The position numbers were made by a program, and so were the translations under genes. The notes beneath the pieces are model-generated. The model did no database searches. It was not told where the DNA came from and was given only the letters and a program-made list of their open reading frames with translations. This document shows, one piece after another, positions 59,707 to 64,000 of a stretch of DNA of 64,000 bases; positions within the stretch are counted from its first letter, which is position 1; each line of letters opens with the position of its first letter. This stretch comes from the human T2T-CHM13v2.0 reference genome, Homo sapiens, in NCBI RefSeq assembly GCF_009914755.1, contig NC_060927.1; one strand, given 5' to 3'.

Positions 59707-60038
59707 GGCCAGCCGGGCATGGTGGCTCATGCCTGTAATCCCAGCACTTTGGGAGGCTGAGGCGGGCGGATCACGAGGTCAGGAGTTTGAGACCAGCCTG
59801 ACCAACATGGTGAAACCCCATCTCTACTGAAATTACAAAAATTAGCCAGGTGTGGTGGCGCACGCCTGTAATCCCAGCTACTCAGGAGGCTGAGGCAGAA
59901 GAATCGCTGGAACCTGGAGGCAAGGTTGCAGTGAGCAGAGATCATGCCACTGCACTCCAGCCTGGGCGACAGAGCGAGACTCCGTCTCAAAATAAATAAA
60001 TAAATAAATAAATTTAAAAATATAAATAAATAAATAAA
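59707..60038 (+). mobile_element. AluSg-like
   Basis: ggatcacgaggtcaggagttt; (TAAA)n tail. Confidence 0.93.
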
Positions 60039-60979
60039 CCATAGGAAATATATACTAGAAATTAATATATTGATTATCCATAGATGGTGGATAGGAATAG
60101 AATGAAAGGAATAGAAGAGGAATTGATAATTCTGTGAGTGTGTATTTTGTATAGTTTTTATTTTAAAACCATATTAATGCTCTATAAATTCAAAAATAAT
60201 GTTAAATAAAAACAAGTATGAGAAAAAAATGCAAATTGAATGCAAACAGAAACCAATTAACTATATTTCAAATGAATAGCACATCTACATGGAAAAAAAT
60301 AATTCAAGTAACATTTGAATACAATACTTTGGCTAAATATCTTCAGTCAAAAAACAAACCAAAAAAGTAATAAAAACACTTAAACTCTGTTTAGTAGGTT
60401 TTTTGTAGACCATAGTTATAGCAATTCTAAAACTATGTTGGGTATTGTAGAACTAAGCAAACAGGTACATACAAGATGTGTTGGGAGCCAGGGTTCTCAC
60501 TGTGGGAGAAGGCAGATACAAATATAAAACAAGTGAAGACAAAAAAGAATCTAATTTGTTGCACTGGAATTGGAATAATCTACATAGACAGACAGATAGA
60601 CAGATATTTCCTAGCTCTGTCCTCTAAAAGAATCTAGAAGCAGTAATACCCAATAGCAATGAGCAACTAGTATCCAGATCTTGATTTTTAAATATCACTC
60701 ACACTAAAAGGAGGGAGGGCTCCTTGGGAAAATGCTGATTCCAGGGCTGGAGCAGTTAAAGTACAAGATAAGCCTGAAACATCATGTGCCAGAAAATAAG
60801 AAAGTGCTAAAAAAATTAAGGGAATCTGTCAAAAGGCTATGGAAACTGCCTTGAAGCAGCTTCTACTGGGAAAACTGGGAAAATATGAGCATCAAATAAA
60901 CAACGATATTAATAGATTTTACTCTATTAAGTTAAATATCTATTTATAGACTTAAAAATACAGGCTAAAATTATAAAAC

Positions 60980-61273
60980 TTTTTTTCTTTTCTGAGATGA
61001 GGTCTCATTGTGTCACCCAGGCTGGAGTGCAGAGGCACCATCACTACTCACTGCAGCTTCAAACCCTGGGCTCAAGCCATCTTCTCACCTCAGCCTCCCA
61101 AGTAGCTGGGACCACAGGCATGTGCCACCATGGCTGGCTAATGTTTAATTTTTTTGCAGAGACAGAGTCTCGCTATGTTGCCCAGGCTGGTCTTGAATGC
61201 ATGGGCTCAAGCGATTCTCCCAATTTGGCCTCCCATAGTTCTGAGATAACAGGCATGAGCCACCACACTTGGA
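60980..61273 (-). mobile_element. AluJ
   Basis: ctgggctcaagc in both arms; TSD t(a/g)taaaactt. Confidence 0.9.
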
Positions 61274-61448
61274 CTGTAAAACTTCTAACAGAAAACAGAA
61301 GAAAATCTTTGTGATATTGGAATAGACAAAGACTTCTCATATAGGACAAAAAAGGAAAAGAATACAAACAACAACTATATGTGATCCTGGATTGAAGAAA
61401 TAAAAGCTATAAAGGACAACATTGGGACAGTTAGAAAATTTGAATATA

Positions 61449-61760
<312 letters not shown>

Positions 61761-62159
61761 ATTTGAATATAAACTATAGATCACTGTTAAATTTTGAATT
61801 TGATTATTTTACTGTGGATATGTAAAAGAATGTCTTTGCTATTAGGAAACTCATGCCAGTGTATCTAATGGATAAAGGATTGATGTCTGGAACTTATTCT
61901 CAAATGTTTCCACCAAAACTACTTCTATTACTACTACCACTGCCACCATCCCCACCCTTAGTAATAATAACAACAGTAGATATACAATAAATGTGGCAAA
62001 ACGTTAATTGGTCAATCTAGGTGAAGGACTGTCTGTGATTTCTTTTCATGGCTGCTTGTGGTTGCTGGGTTGCATTAATAATCAGGGACTCTTGCAGTAA
62101 GTGCACACCCTTTGCTGTTTATTGGCTATGGATTTATTCATTCCTTTATTTCCATCTTC

Positions 62160-62355
62160 TTAGGTGCTGGGCTAGGTGCCATCCAAATGTTACCCCATTT
62201 AATTTTCACAAAAATCTTGTGAAGTAGATTTTATTTCCTCCATTTATATATAGATGAGACAAATGAAGCTCAAAGAGGTGACTTGCCCAAAGTCGATGTC
62301 AGTAAATTACAAAGCAGTAATTGCAACCTAGGACTTCAGGTTCAGTGTTCATTTC
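62160..62355 (-). mobile_element. MIR
   Basis: ccatttaattttcac...agatgagacaaatgaagctc...gtgacttgcccaaagtc. Confidence 0.7.
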
Positions 62356-62914
62356 ACATCAGTTCAGGCCTCAGGGGCCCAACATTGTGACCATCAACAG
62401 ACGTTGCAGAATCAGAAAACAAAACATAGCAGCTCTGAGACATTAGAGGAGAAGGCCTTAGAACACAGATTCTGTGGGAATTCAGCAACTAGAAAACATA
62501 GCTTAATAATCTTAGAACAAATGAATATCTAAAGATTTAATGTTCATATTATTACTTCCCTAAATGACCTGCAGTTTTATATTATTTTCTTTTCATAAGG
62601 CTATAGGTTGCTTCACACATGTACCATTATTATTTACTGAGCTACATAAATATCCTCTACAAATATCGATGTGCCTCAGGTTTTATCTGTTTATGTGTTT
62701 TTAAATATCCTATTATATAGAAACATGAAGGAAACAGACAAAAAACAATTCCACTGATTTTTAAAAAGAAATATATGTAATATATGTATATGATTGAAAT
62801 TTCCAAAATATTGTTTATTTTTTTTATTCCATTAACAAATACATTCCTAGAACATGCAGCCTATGACTTTCTTTTTTAGCAGCTGTAGGGGATTCCACTG
62901 TAAGGGTATGGCTT

Positions 62915-63030
62915 GGGTGCATATGCATGTGTGAATGTGCATATGTGTATAGGTTTCCGTGTGTGTTAATGTGTTTGTATAGGTTTGTATATGTATGTGT
63001 GTGTAGGCTTATATATGTGTATGTATGTGG

Positions 63031-63067
<37 letters not shown>
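62915..63067. repeat. Degenerate then perfect (TG)n repeat
   Basis: Direct observation. Confidence 0.93.
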
Positions 63068-63070
<3 letters not shown>

Positions 63071-63521
63071 ATGCCTGTAACCACTGGCTGCCACTGGTGA
63101 CTATGTTTGTCTCGTCCATGAGTTTGCAGGCTATGAGAAGCACAAGAATCATGTCTGATTGACTTTCAATGCTCAGCAACTGAGCAAGGAGGCTAGAGCT
63201 GAGGTTTATTGAGACATAACTTTCATTGGCACATAACAAGTTCTTTACGTATGAAGAGCAGTGGTAAAGACCATGAGCTCAGACTACCTGGGTTCAAATC
63301 TACTACTGTGTGGTCTGGGGAGGCTCCTGGGAAAGTTTCTTAGCCCTCCTTGCCTCTGTTTCCTCCTGGTCAGGTTCCCTTGTAGCAGAACCTGATAAAG
63401 GTTTAGCGGACATGTGATTTATTTTTTGACTCACAGTCCAAAGGCAGGAAGGGAAGAGGGATAGGACAAAGTGGAGAGCTAAGTAAAGATGTGGTCTCAA
63501 CTGGGTCCAGCTTCACTTTGA

Positions 63522-64000
<479 letters not shown>

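Overview
Primate (human/ape-like) nuclear DNA, AT-rich and dominated by interspersed repeats. It contains about 25 Alu elements (J, S and Y subfamilies), L1 fragments from L1PA to L1ME age, L2/L3/MIR relics, many MaLR and ERVL solo LTRs (MST/THE1, MLT1, MLT2A, LTR16/33/41-like) and hAT/mariner MITEs (MER5A, MER30, MER58A, MADE1). I recognise no cellular protein-coding gene, tRNA/rRNA gene, CpG island or CRISPR array. Almost every ORF in the track is a chance translation of repeat DNA, and the only real protein remnants are L1 ORF2p C-termini. The window looks intergenic or deep-intronic. The best leads are: (1) an MLT2A (HERV-L) solo LTR that retains TATA, DUX4-like and splice-donor motifs, carries a ~570-bp self-inverted TA expansion and has candidate exons just downstream; (2) a perfect minisatellite built from 20-bp palindromes; (3) an unexplained CpG-retaining AT-rich segment at ~41.4-42.1 kb; (4) a well-bounded 105-bp minus-strand candidate exon; (5) a collapsed ~30-bp Alu; (6) a closely spaced inverted AluY pair. 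Repeat subfamilies were called by eye from remembered consensus features, and boundaries of old elements are approximate. I cannot demonstrate a new biological system from this sequence alone.
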